In this document: piece after piece, positions 13,788 through 25,948 of the stretch | Position numbering within the stretch: the stretch's first letter is position 1 | How the letters are laid out: each line of letters opens with the position of its first letter | DNA from: Tubiluchus corallicola | Taxonomy: Eukaryota > Animalia > Priapulida | Assembly: GCA_030141605.1 (NCBI GenBank) | Contig: JAQGDQ010000072.1 | Coordinates: 1 to 64,000, forward strand | Direction of reading: 5' to 3' | Length of the DNA stretch: 64,000 bases | Position numbers and translations under genes: made by a program | The notes under the pieces: model-generated | What the model saw: the letters and a program-made list of their open reading frames with translations, nothing else | The model's database searches: none | Told to the model about the DNA's origin: nothing

Positions 13788-15300
13788 TCAAAATCTGTCA
13801 CTATCACTGGGCAGTAAGTCGGTGCTGACATCTGTAAGCCATTTTCTTGCTTTTTTAGCGGCTTCTCTCTTTGAACGTTCGCTGACAGGTGGAGGTGAAG
13901 AATCCGCATCTGAACTGGAAGCAGCGTCATCATTCTTGTTAGGACAAGAAATGTGTCCAGTCGAAGTGTCTGTCAAAGTCGCATGAGATGAATTATGAAA
14001 ATGATACTCAAGGGGGTACAGACATTTAATATTTCTGTTCAAAGTGGAACCATTAGCAAGAGCTTAAACGTTACGAATTAAGCCATCTGCACTAGGCTTC
14101 AACTTAAGAACTTTGCTGAGGAGCCACTGTCCTTGTGGAAGGTTTTGGTCTTCTAACAGTACTACATCCCCTATACAAGCAGTAAATGGAACGGTTACCT
14201 TAGGTTGAGAAGTATATTTGCAATGCTGTTCTCTAAGACTGAGAAGATACTCATCTTTCCAGATTCGCCTGAAATTGTTAAGGATCTTATGACCTTTTTT
14301 CCATAAGGCAAGCAACTTCTCTGCTGAGGTTTCTTTACTAACTGTAAATTCTGGATCACTGTAGTCCGTCTCAGACACAGTGTGGAAGATGTTGTACACT
14401 GTTGATTAAGAAAATTTGAAAGAGTTAGATCACGAGCAGAATTTATGTCAGCATCAATATAAGTAAGAGACCTATTATTGGTAACATTTTCTATTTCTAT
14501 AAGCAAAGTATTGAGATGTACATGTGAAAGAGGATGATTACTGATTTCCTTTCTTAAAGAACGCTTTACCAAGGTGACCAACCGTTCAAAAAACCACCAT
14601 CCATTGTGATAATTGTGTAATGAATTTCCACTCTACACCCTTGCAAACTGAAAGTTCTAGAGCTGCATTTTCAACTGTTTACTTGGCAAGTTTGAAGGAC
14701 GAGAAATTATCAGAAATTACAACATTTGGCAACCCACGTCTACCAAAAAATTGCACAGTTCATAAGAAAATGTTCAGTTGTTAAATTATTTACTAATTCT
14801 AGATGTACTGTCCTGGTCGTAAGGCAGGTGAACAAACAGATCCAAACTTTCTCATAAATTGGCTTAAAACTGCCGCCATAATATTCTTTTGTAATCGCTG
14901 GCCCCATGTAATCTAGTTCAGCATATTGAAAACACCGACTTTCAAAGAAACGTACTGAAGGCAGAACGGCCATTTTAGGCAAATGGAAAGGACCCTCTTC
15001 AACTTTACAACATGTCGTACATTTAGAAAGTACAATACGGACAGCAATGCGTCCTGACGGTATCCAGTACTTTTTACATATATTTGCATGTTTGAGCAGT
15101 TCCAACATGCAAATGAGATACATAATAGTGTGCTACCAGGAGCAGAATAAAAGGGTGGTTACCAATAAAATTGGTAACAATGCGGGTTTCCGTGAACCAT
15201 AGGTGTCCAGATTACCACGTCGACAAGAGCATCCGATTATTCCATCATTATTAACCATTGAACCAAGGTTTTGGAAGTTTCTCAGTTGTTCAGATGTGAA
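13788..15300 (-). pseudogene. BEL/Pao integrase region (frameshifted)
   Basis: Motifs YWIPSGR..CTTC, LDYMGP, KVWICLFTCLTTRTVHLELV, IWKDEYLLSLRE, GDVVLL, CLYPLE and RSKREAAKKAR. Confidence 0.9.
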
Positions 15301-15325
15301 TGATGGCTAAGCATGCATTTCCCGC

Positions 15326-16748
15326 TGTTATGAATTTATTTTGGAATATTAAATTATTCATTAGAAAATAATCAAAATCAATTAATGAATAGACAACACC
15401 AGAAAGAAGACTATTCAGTGTATTGAGCAGAACTCACTCAACTTCTCCATCGCATTTAATATATTTATGTAAACGTTTCTGACAACTGGTTGATAATAGA
15501 AAAATAAAGTAATAGGCAAATAGAATTGTAACTACATGATGAACTCTGTAGAACTTGAGGGAAAGTTGGCCTACATTGACCCGTATTTTCGAGACAGGTG
15601 TGAACTTGTAATGTAGTTCGAAGCTCATTAGCAGGATCCACGAGCAATGACGAGGATGGTACTCGGTCAGCCTAACTAATTAACAGGTGTTACACCATTG
15701 TTCGTAAAGGAGAGGACTTTTATCAGAACTCGACCATGTGGACGAAGAGGATTCTGTCCTACAAGCAGTAAAAAGTATCGAGGCGCTTAAAGTCGAGATG
15801 CCCAGATGATCAGGGTGACGAAGCGCTCAGAAGTCAGAATGATCTGATAGCCAGCCACGGGGTGTATCTTGTCACATGACCGAGAGGGTTTCATAAGGGG
15901 GGTACGATGAGCGTTTGGGGCATTTTGGTCTATGTCAGGAAGGTGACACGGTGTGGATTCTCAGCCAGGAACTCTGAAGGTAGGAGCTATCGTTTCTTTT
16001 GCTCAGCGTAGAATTCATCTGCGTCGTTGGATTGAGTCAACCTCTGAAGCTCAGAACGGCTCGTATTAGGAACAGCTGGGCCAATTTTAAGGACTCGTAA
16101 TATTATATATTACGATATTATATATCGTGTGATATAGTGTGATATTATATATTTTGTTATAAAAATCCTGTATTTAAATGTTGAAGGCTGTATATTGTTA
16201 ATTAAAGGAACAGTTGTCACTAAATTGTTTGTGAACTTATTGAAGTTGTACCGATACACTGTAGTTGTGAAATTCCGTTGATTGATTATAAACTCAGTTT
16301 GTGAATCTATTTAAATTGTTATTGTCAAAACCATCAGTTTTATCAAACCTGCATAATTAATAAACCGTATATATAACTGTTAATATTGCTCTTACATTAA
16401 TTTGTATTAACGGGAAATACTTCGAAGTTTTGCAAACTCGTAAAAACACTATCTGTTGCACGAACCTGTTGCACGGACCATATTCACACTGAAGCGGACC
16501 CCAGCTAGTAAAACTAGGGAGATGCAGATTTTTCTACACAACGGGTATTCCGTGGTCTGAGGTTACTCTGGTATTCGTCATAGCCATTCCGACACAGCCA
16601 AATGTCCCGTAGTCGAGGAATTAATTGAACAATTAATTACCTAATTAGTGCTTGCACTACCCTTATAAAAAGAGAGGGTAAAACCACATCAAAGTGGCGT
16701 GTTCCATATCACGAGAATTGATGCGATGAGATGTACCTGGATCACGAC
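15326..16748 (+). mobile_element. Long solo-LTR-like insertion in the BEL element, related to 35188-36526
   Basis: Starts TGTTATGAAT (compare TGTTGTGAAT at 35188). Segment ~16493-16630 is similar to ~36293-36425. It interrupts BEL pol; the 3' end is approximate. Confidence 0.55.
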
Positions 16749-16834
16749 GAAATTTCCTGATGGCTTTCAGAACAAGGCATTTTGACTTGAATCAACCAAC
16801 CTGATAAATGAAGAAAGGTTAGACAATGGAATCA

Positions 16835-17095
16835 CTGTAAGATCACTGTTGATGGTACACCCCTCGTAACTGCACAAAATATTAAGTTATTTAAAGCCGC
16901 TTGTATAAAGTTAACTTGCATAAATTCCTTGTACATAATAGACACATGTAAGCAGTTAATTTCTTTGTGTCTTTACCACACTTTTGTAAATATTTTATTT
17001 GTATATTTTTTCTGCCAGCGTGTTTTATATTATATTGTTTTTATTGTAGATTGTATTTTGCTATTGGGTATGAATAAAATAAAATAAATAAACAT
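16835..17095 (+). mobile_element. Probable LINE 3' fragment inserted in the BEL element
   Basis: Short DGTPLVTAQNIK-like remnant followed by a T-rich 3' UTR and an (AATAA)n tail. Confidence 0.35.
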
Positions 17096-17161
17096 ATAAA
17101 TCTAGTTTATTTGCATCGGCCGTTCTGAGTGACGATAGCAAATGCACAAGAATCATTAAGT

Positions 17162-18998
17162 TTAATTTCTGACTCTGTTTGCTTTAACTCGTCTGAATTG
17201 TGGTGGAAGATTACTAGAAGGCCACAATGATTTTTCGTGATGTAGAAATTCAGGGCCATGTAACCAAGTTTTATTGAGAACAGCAGAGTTTGATTTCATA
17301 ACATAATCTGCAATATTGTATTCAGATGGCACATAGTGAAAAATCATGTCATTGTAACTGTTAAATTCACTTATTCTCTTAGTAACAAATGTACTCAATG
17401 GTTTACTTGAGGAAAGCCGGTTCAAAATGCACTGTGAGAGTAAGATCAGTAAGAACAGTACATATAACATCACTCATTTTAAGCTGTTCTCAATGTTAGC
17501 AGCCCTTTCGCAGATTAATACTCCCAACAACTTCATCCTGGGTATTGTTGTGTTTTTCGGAGCCAGTCTTGTCTTAGTGAAGACTAAATCTGTGTGAATT
17601 GTGCCATCATGATGTACCTGGCGAGGACAAATTACAGCACTGTAAACAACTGCTGAAACGTCCGCAAAATAAGCAAGCTCAAAGTGTAAAACATTAGTAG
17701 GATAAAAACAAATGCATGTAGGTAAATTTATCGTCTCTATATTACACATATGGTCTGCTATGTCAAACCAACGTGCAGCCAATTCAGGACTCAAAGAAGC
17801 ATTCCAGTCATGCTTTAGTTTCCAAAGTTTTGGAAGGAACAATTTACCATTAAGGGTAATTACACTAAAAAGACCAAGTGGGTTAAGAGTAATACGCAAC
17901 TTGTTTTAAGATTTCACGTTTAGTGACACTGTTGTGCAAATTTGGAAGCAACTTATGAGAAATACTTAACGTGTCCTTTTCGGTGTTCCACTTCAAATCT
18001 AGTACTTTGATCTCCGTGGATTGAACTTTGTCATCCTTTGGAACCCAGTCGATGAAGTCCTTGTTGTTGGACCCCCATTGACGAAGGTTCATCGATGCAG
18101 AGGAGAACAGTTGTTTTGCTTGAAAGTACTGTAGAATGTTTTGCTTGTCTCTTCCTCCAAGGCCATGACACGTTATATCGCCTTCTCTGTACTCTATAGC
18201 GTTTTTGAAAATTTTCTCCGCTTCCGCTTCACCAGAATTAGTAGGACAGTCAGAAATGCCAATTGTGTCCAACTCCCAGAACCTGTCTAGATCGACATCA
18301 ATGGGTTTGCTTTTAATTCAATGGTCAAAGCTAGCAAAAATTGTTTCAAAGCTGTTAGATGAGTTATGATCCTCGTCTATACCATCAGTTCTCACCCTGG
18401 CTCAAAGCACAAAAGACTGGATTTTTGGGGTGGTGTAGCTTCAATAATGTCATAATTAGGTATTCTGCGGTGAAGTTGCTCTTCTAAAGCTTCCAGTCGT
18501 ACCACATAGTCACGCAAACTATTACGTAACTCTTCCACTGTCCACGATTTCGATTTAGTCATATCTTTTGTCATTTGAATAGCCGAAAGCACCTTGTCTG
18601 GATGTTTCTCGTGGTACAACAAAAGAACCATCATCGCTGCGACCGGTATTCTCAGTTCATCTGAAATGAACTTAGACTTTATCCAGAAAGCTGCGTAAAT
18701 TTTTTAAACCATCACCACACTTTTCTAAGTTTGTCAACTCCTTGTGATGATGCTGAATAATCGTTTCGTGGCAGCCGAACCTGTACAACTGTAAAATGTC
18801 TTCATCTGTGTAGCGTGCTGTAAGCTCAAGCACAGAGTGGGGGTCTGATAGTTGCAAGATCGATTCCGACAATTGTCTGTCTTCTGAAATCTGGCCTTGA
18901 GTGAGGCTATGCAAGTTGGACTTGACTTGGATCTTCAGCCGGTACACCGGTTTTGCAGACATAAACATAAAATGATCAAGATTTAATCTGCACAGCAA
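17162..18998 (-). pseudogene. BEL/Pao gag-RT-RNase H fragments
   Basis: Motifs SMNLRQWGSN, KVLDLKWN..KDTL, TKREILK, PLGL, FADVSAVVYSAV, KTRLAP..TIPRMKLLG, YVPSEYNIAD, WLHGPEFL and a gag-like LRSFLDKV. Confidence 0.9.
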
Positions 18999-19492
18999 AA
19001 TGTCCTAGTTAAACCTGTAGAAAAGATTTTCGTCAGCAAAGTAAGCTGTAAAATAAAACATGTTATTAGACTATATACTATGCTAGGCTGAAATTAAAAG
19101 GTAGAAATTACAATATTTAGGTTTTTTGTCATCAATTATGTGCCTTACGAGAAGCATAAAATCAATAGTACTAAAGGCTACTATTAATTTTACAACAATT
19201 GCATATGATCTAAGCTATAGCGTTATATCTCAACTATTCTAGTAAGTCTTGCGCTTCTCTACAGGTCTTAGCAACGTCAGTTTATTTGTATCAGTAGTGC
19301 TAAACTAAATAACAAGAGCTCATGTAATTTATAAAGCTGCTGACTATAAAAAATATAGAGCACCTTCCCGAGAGCAAAGAATTTTTTGGACAGCAGTAAA
19401 AAATTCGCAAGATTTAGGCAGCCTAGCAAGTGCCCACACTTTAAAAAATTACTGATTTAATTTGAGCGAAACTAAACCGGTGTAAGGTACCA

Positions 19493-20143
19493 TGTGAAAA
19501 ATGCTCGTTTTTCATAAGTTTGTGGGAGAGACATCGGTTGGTTTAAATTTATTGTTGATTAGAATTCAAATAAATGTGTGGAATATGTAATTACAGTCTA
19601 ATTTGTTGTTTTTATAGAAAGAGATGCATAACGCTTACGTCTACGAGTTGTTGCTTAAAATGTTTTACTGTTATAAAAATATGTAGTTTAGACTTTGTAA
19701 GAAAAACCGCTCAACTATTTGCTTAAAAGAGTGGTCACCCAAAATATAATTCATTGTAACTTGTATAATTTGATGCATATACATTATTACTTTTTACCAC
19801 AGCACTAACATTAAATAGAACACAGGACAGCCATTCATATAATTAATCACTGATTATCACATAGTTAATGCAATAAGCACAATGCACTAATGTTAAAAAG
19901 GAAAAAATTGCCTAGTTAGGCGGATCATTATGCAGCGTCAAATGGTCCCTGCAGAGAGGCGACGATGAAATTTATAGCTTTATAATGAAGCTCGTATAAA
20001 TGATCCAAGTTAACCTAACCTAAAATTACAGCCTGAACGACTCTAGGTAGATTTGCAAAAGTTGTATGAACTAGAATAAACTAGTTAGCAATACTGTAAC
20101 TGTAAAGTCTAGTAGCAGAACTCAATCACGGGAATCCGTGACA
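19493..20143 (-). repeat. BEL/Pao 5' LTR
   Basis: Direct repeat of 12444-13124, followed on the minus strand by TGG PBS-like sequence at 19477-19492. Confidence 0.88.
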
Positions 20144-20659
20144 GAGCAGTTCTTGGAGAAAACAATGCAAGACTTGAGTGTGTTAAGATGTTACAATTGA
20201 GTAGTAGGCCTTAGGCTGCGTTTCCATTGCGTCCGCACAGACACGGAGTTTTCTTTCTACGTTCATATATTTCTTTCTACGGATATATTTCGTGCGCTTA
20301 TCCACACATATGTATTGTTACGGGGGCGAAATGCCATTTATTTTCGCCCTCTACATTGTGATGGTTCGATCCATTACGAAGCCATTGCATATCAGCACAG
20401 CATAGCAGTTATAAGTAGTTGGTATGGAATGGTCTCGTCGTTTGAGTCGGCAGACGGACAGGTGCGTTTTCCACCTAAACACCTGTTCCGTAGTTATAAT
20501 CAGCATGAGGAATACAGGAAAAGATTCCGGCTAGTTCTCACTTTAATTTTATGTTTTAACTTTTTACGCTTCTGAGTCGATTTCTCAACAACAACATCTA
20601 CAATTTGGTTTGACTAATCCAGATATGAACCCTGTTCCTCTTGGCCGCCTCCGTAACAA

Positions 20660-21311
20660 CATTTTGACACACATCTCATGCATGAAACTAATTTTCTTAT
20701 TTTGGCCTCTCTTATACACAATATTTTAGATTTTGTGTAATTGTGCAAGTTTTTTATTCCTTCGTGATGTTACCATCTAATATGTTTTGAACAATTTTCT
20801 TTATTGCATGAACTTTGAAATTTTTTTATAGTTATATGCTAATTTGGGTGCGTTATATACGTCACAATTTAACACTTACAGAGTGAAGGTAAAATTAGTG
20901 ATTTGTGCTTACTTTGATGATTATGTGATAATCTGTGCTTTAATTATGCATTTGGTGGTCCATCTGTGCTTTGCCCAACGTGATAAATTTAATTTAAATG
21001 TGGTGTGATAATAAGTGATAATGTATAAGCGTCATGTAAGTGATTATAATAAATTATATTTTTGTATGGCCACTTTTTACTTAAATTGAATTAAATTTTC
21101 TAATTTTCAAAGTCATAAATTAAACTATACTGCGCATTTCATTAACAGCTAATCGTTGTAATCAGTAACTCATAAGACGTGAGCGTTATGAATTTATAAA
21201 AACTAAATTAGACTTTATTTCCACTAATTCATTTACAATATTTAGGCAATAATAATAGAACAAGGTCAATGTCCCTCCCGCGAACTAGTGGAAAAATGAG
21301 CATTTTTCACA
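20660..21311 (+). mobile_element. Fragment of a second, diverged BEL/Pao copy (3' internal region plus partial LTR), opposite orientation
   Basis: 20662-20735 matches the reverse complement of ~13230-13300. 21060-21311 matches the reverse complement of 19493-19750 and ends gagcatttttcaca. Confidence 0.75.
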
Positions 21312-21971
21312 GTTTTCACAATTTGCAACCATAGGCGCATACTCATTTAAAAGCATTTTAAGCATTTACTGAAAATTATTAGAATATAATGACAAGCGTG
21401 CACTTACGCATTATAAATGCACAAGCATCAAATAACAAACAGATAATGCTAATAAGATGAAAGCGACATTAGAGTTAGATATATTTTCGATCTTTCGATA
21501 AAATTCTCTGACTATGCCAATTTTTGCATTTATTAATGCCTGCAAAACCATTAAAAATTCAGGAAATCTAATGCATCAGAATGCCTTGCATTTGCATAAT
21601 GATAACAGAGGCGGGAATTCTGCTACGATTTGCAGTAGAGCGTTTTTATGATCCTCTAAACTCATTTCTAGAATCATTATTTTTGGATTACATAGTGTTA
21701 GAAGTCTCCGGCGAAATGTCAGCGAGGGAGAGTGAGTTTTTAGAAATCAACATGTTTCTAAAAGTTGTTTCTAAATGTTTCTCTGTTTAGAGCTAAGGTA
21801 TCGATTATTTCGATTTCACGTTGAGGACGACTGCGTTAGTTCTTATCTTAATTTAATTCTTGCTCTATTTCGCAACCATTATCAAACTAAAAATTATCTT
21901 CCAATGCAACATCGTTACATGAAAATTATCAAAAGGTGTTAAAATACCACAGAAACAACACAATATATTAG

Positions 21972-24900
21972 TGTTCCGCCGTCGGGTTCTCGCCGGCAGG
22001 GTCTGAGTAATCATCCCTGGACGGTTTGAACCAGTGCTATCGGTGGGCGAGAGGCCTCGGTTCGAAATCGACATCCTGAAGCAGAACTAACAAAGCAAGT
22101 AACTGTGAGACATTCACCAGCTTAAAAAGAGCGGTATAATGCCCCACTAAAAACTTAGCTAACTTACTAGCTTTGTAAAAACTAGATTATTTAGCAGTAA
22201 CAAATAAAGTTCTCTTCTCATAACCGAAAACATACGCTGGCTAAACATGAGGAACACAGAAAACCAATCTACCCTTGATGGCCTACCACTCCATCACATT
22301 ACGCCGAAACAGTTGGAAGACAAGTCTTGGGAGGACGGGTGCAAGCTTGTCCTGTTTGGCGTTACAAACACCAGCAACCACCGAACTCAAAGAAGCAGGA
22401 TGTGGCACTTCTATTTGTAGACTTGCAGGCGAAAACAGGTGAGTATTCGAATTTAGAGCCAATCAGAACGCGGGATTTATGAATTGCATTCAGGCAAGAT
22501 TAGTGCATTTGAAATTTATAGGGGTGTTGTTGCTTTATATTATATACTTTATATACAAAATATTACTTTAACACGATTCCAAATGACATACAGGCCGCAT
22601 ATCTGTGTCGTTGAATGAGTAAAAAGTTTGAACGTAAAACAGAGCGAAGCTCAGCCCCGCAACACTATTCCCCTCCCTTTAAAATCAAAGGTCCCGCTTT
22701 GAATGGAGTTTGCATAATAAAGGGAACCTGAATAATGCTTACCACAACGTGACACCAAGCGTTTCAAACGCAACGCAAGAAAGAGATAATAATTTTAGTT
22801 TCATAATTCCATAAATATTTAGTCTCTGCACAAGTTTACACAAATTATCTATTAACTGAAACGTCACGCCACTCAAGCTTAATACTGTGACGGTACGAAT
22901 TATACCTTTATCTATTAACAATTACTCGTTAGAAATTGCTTTAAAGTGTAATTATACAACAACAATAATAAATCATCTCACTACAAAAGAATTGACCTGC
23001 AGAAAAGAAAACGAAGTCCAGTTTCTGCGAATTTCGCTTCTCCATTCAAGATTTCCATTCGAGATCTGCAAAATGAAGCAGGTAAAATAAGCTCGAGAGC
23101 ATTTTTGTGAAAATTTACAAATATTTACAGTTTAGAGCTATGAAGGAGTATCATGGAAGTCGTTCGCGCTACTAGGTGGTTACTTTTGCTCGTTAGTGCA
23201 GGCAGGACAATGGTAAATTGATGGTATTTAAATGACACTACACAGCCGAAGTAGTTTCAATGAGTAGAACTGCTGCCAAGGAAAATCGACAGGGGAGTGC
23301 CGTTTGAGGTAGTGAGTACGTTCTCCGGTAGAGTCGTAGTAATGGAAGTCACCAAGATGAGAAAGAGGTTGCCGAGAACGTTTAGGGTAAGATTATGCTG
23401 AATTAAAAAGTTCGGCTACAGCTTCACCAGGAAATGACAAGGCAAATGATTCATCGGGGGTGTCGTGGGCTGAGGTATCAGGTAGGTCAACGCCGACAAG
23501 TAATTGTTCAGGTAACGTAGTTTGCTGAAACAGTTCAGATTGGTCAGCCCGGACGGGAGATGGTGATGACTTTTCCAAATTTTTATTTGGCTCCCTAATG
23601 TTCAAGACAACACTAGCAGGGCCATTTTCTTTTAGCCGTTCTTGGCTAGTTTCGGAAAGGCTATCCGGCTGCCAATCACAGATTAATTGCCTTGTTGATT
23701 CCTCTAGAGTCAGCTCAGCAAGGGAAGCTGTGTCGAGAACGCTAAGTGTCGAGGGTCCTGGGCGGTCACGTTGTTTAGGCGTGGATGTCCTAGGTCGCGG
23801 TACAGTCGGTGTAAGGACAGGAGGTGAAGAATGCACAAAATTTTGGGCTTGGAAACAGGCTCTCGAATAGGGTTGAGGGCCGGTAATGAAACATCGGGCT
23901 GAGGGGTAATTTTGTCATCAGTATCATGGTGAGTACGATGTGGGCTGTAAGGTGGTGGAAGAAGACCAAAAGAGCCCAATTGTGCTTCAGTTTCATCATC
24001 TACTTGAGGTTAAAATTGCAAAGGCTGTAATTCTGTCTCTTCTACAAAGTCTTGTGCCTTTCCATTCGAGGTGGTAAGAAACCGTAGCTGCAACGTCAGG
24101 AAGTTCTGTGGTTTGGGAGTGGACCACGAAAAGCCAGTAGGAGGTACGTAACGCCACAGTCGATCTGCATGGGCAATTTTATTCTTTTGTCTTTTGTAAA
24201 AGTTTTGACGTATAAAATGATGTACGTCATGAAGTTGATTTTCTTAAGTTTTCGTATAGCCAGCGAAATTACGGCAATCAAAATTTAAAGGGGGCGAGAC
24301 CAAATCAACAGGAAGTCTCAGCTCTCGTCCGAATATTGTGCCAAGTGTACGTTTCTGATTGTGGCTATTCTCCGAAGTATTATGGCGCCGTTTCGCGCAA
24401 GTTTTAAAATAGCGCGCAGATAGCGCCGTGCTAGCAGCTGAATTTTTTAAGCGCTGGTTTACACAAGTATTTCTATCAGAACTGTTTTTTGGTTTCATTA
24501 CTGTTAACACAAAGTGGCCGTACATTAATCGGAAATTCACGAGATGGACGATACACGCCATGAGGGCTAATATAAAAAGATTCTTGTGAAGACGGGTACT
24601 AGCAGAAGTCAAGTTGTTGTGAAAGTGAGGTGCAGGATGACTGTTTATCTGACTAAAACGATTCCAGCTACGTTCATTACGATTACAGAATCGAACAGCA
24701 GGTGTTTCTGGATTGGTATGGGTAGAAGATGGTGACAGACATTCGCGCGCAGTGTCCTAGGCCGCTACATCTAAAACAAGTGAGTTGTTCATAAGAAACT
24801 TCAGGAAAATGCATTGAAGGGCGAGAACATACCAGAGGCTGAGTAAAACGCCTATACTGAGTAAAACCTAAACGTGGGATTTATGAATCCCATTCAGGTA

Positions 24901-25027
24901 AGATTACTATATTTTAAATTTTTCGGTGTGTTACCTTGACTCGAAATAACACACAGGTTGCATATCTGTGTCCTAGAGAGAGTGAAAAGTTTTAACACAA
25001 AACAGAGCGAAGCTCAACCCCGCTACA
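21972..25027 (-). mobile_element. Internally deleted Gypsy element related to 25438-33659
   Basis: 3' LTR at ~21972-22664 is preceded by PPT aaagggaggggaatag; a partial 5' LTR lies at ~24870-25027. Remnants include zinc knuckle CFRCSGLGH, GRELRLPVDL, LHDVHHFIR, HADRLWRYVPPTGFSW, PPPYSP, PRTSTP and YPKRSRQP..LGDF. The left boundary could be 22018; the TSD is imperfect (TTAG/ATAG). Confidence 0.82.
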
Positions 25028-25437
25028 ATAGCTTAAATAAGGCAGGTTATAACGCCATGTTTTCTTTGCCAGTTGTCGCCGTGTGCAGCGCACCCGGAGC
25101 GAGGTCGCCATGGGGCGCTATACACGCCCTAGTTTGCAAGTTTCACACCATTTTTACATTTCCCCACCTACGGCCGAGTAGGCTTAACTGTGCAGGGTAG
25201 CCACTAGAGTGGCTGCTTTTTTGTGATTTTAATGATTGTTGTGTATTGGCTTCTAGTTTTAATTAGGTGTCAGGTTCTGTTGATATGTTTTTGTCAGTTT
25301 TTGCTAGTATCTCATTGCGCCTTGTGATTATTTCTGATCTTGGTCGCACTAACTTGTTTCTAACCTATTTCAGTCGATTAAATTTTGTGACTTTGAGGTT
25401 CGTTGTCAGTTGTCTGAACGACTAGGGCAAAGTATAT

Positions 25438-25948
25438 TGTTACGGAGGCACCTGTGTCGAGTCAGGTGTAGGGCCCTCTACACGCCCTGCTTCCCGGTCA
25501 GCAGCGACTCACCCCTTTCTTGTAGGTCCAGACGTCTCGTTTGGGCCTACACGTGGTGTGAGAAGCCAGCTGACCTGGAATGCCAGTATAAAAGCGTGTA
25601 GAGGTCACTACAGCCTTGATTTCTGACACAGGTGCTCCTCGGGTGTAGTGCTGTTACTAGTGTAGAGTTAGTTAGTTATTTTTGTGCACATGTATTTTTG
25701 GTTCCTTAATTTTAGTAGTGCTGTTAATAAACTCCGTGTAGTTTTTGTGTATTTTGTTTTATGAGAGTTGGATGACACGCTATAACAGGTGTAAGGTAAT
25801 AATTTGCAGACATTAATTTAGCTAATTAACATTAACATTTGTAATTAATTATTGGTTGTACAACGGTTATAAATGGATCTTCATGATGCGAAAAATCAGG
25901 ACCGCCATGCCATCTTGGAGTTCGACCCCCTGGGTCGAATTCAGTCCA
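25438..25948 (+). repeat. 5' LTR (TATA box tataaaag at 25587; AATAAA at ~25726)
   Basis: Direct repeat of 33144-33659. Confidence 0.97.

Larger units (their letters stand above)
12444..20143 (-). mobile_element. Decayed BEL/Pao LTR retrotransposon with nested insertions
   Basis: Direct repeats at 12444-13124 and 19493-20143 read TGTCA...CACA on the minus strand. The 5-bp TSD is GAACA/GAGCA. A PBS-like tggtaccttacaccgg (compare tRNA-Tyr PBS TGGTCCTTCGAGCCGG) follows the 5' LTR. Pao-type pol fragments lie inside. Confidence 0.88.

Noticed and set aside
25918-25930. tRNA gene suggested by GTTCGA B-box-like sequence
   Set aside because: There is no A-box or cloverleaf; the motif is one arm of the LTR U5 hairpin.
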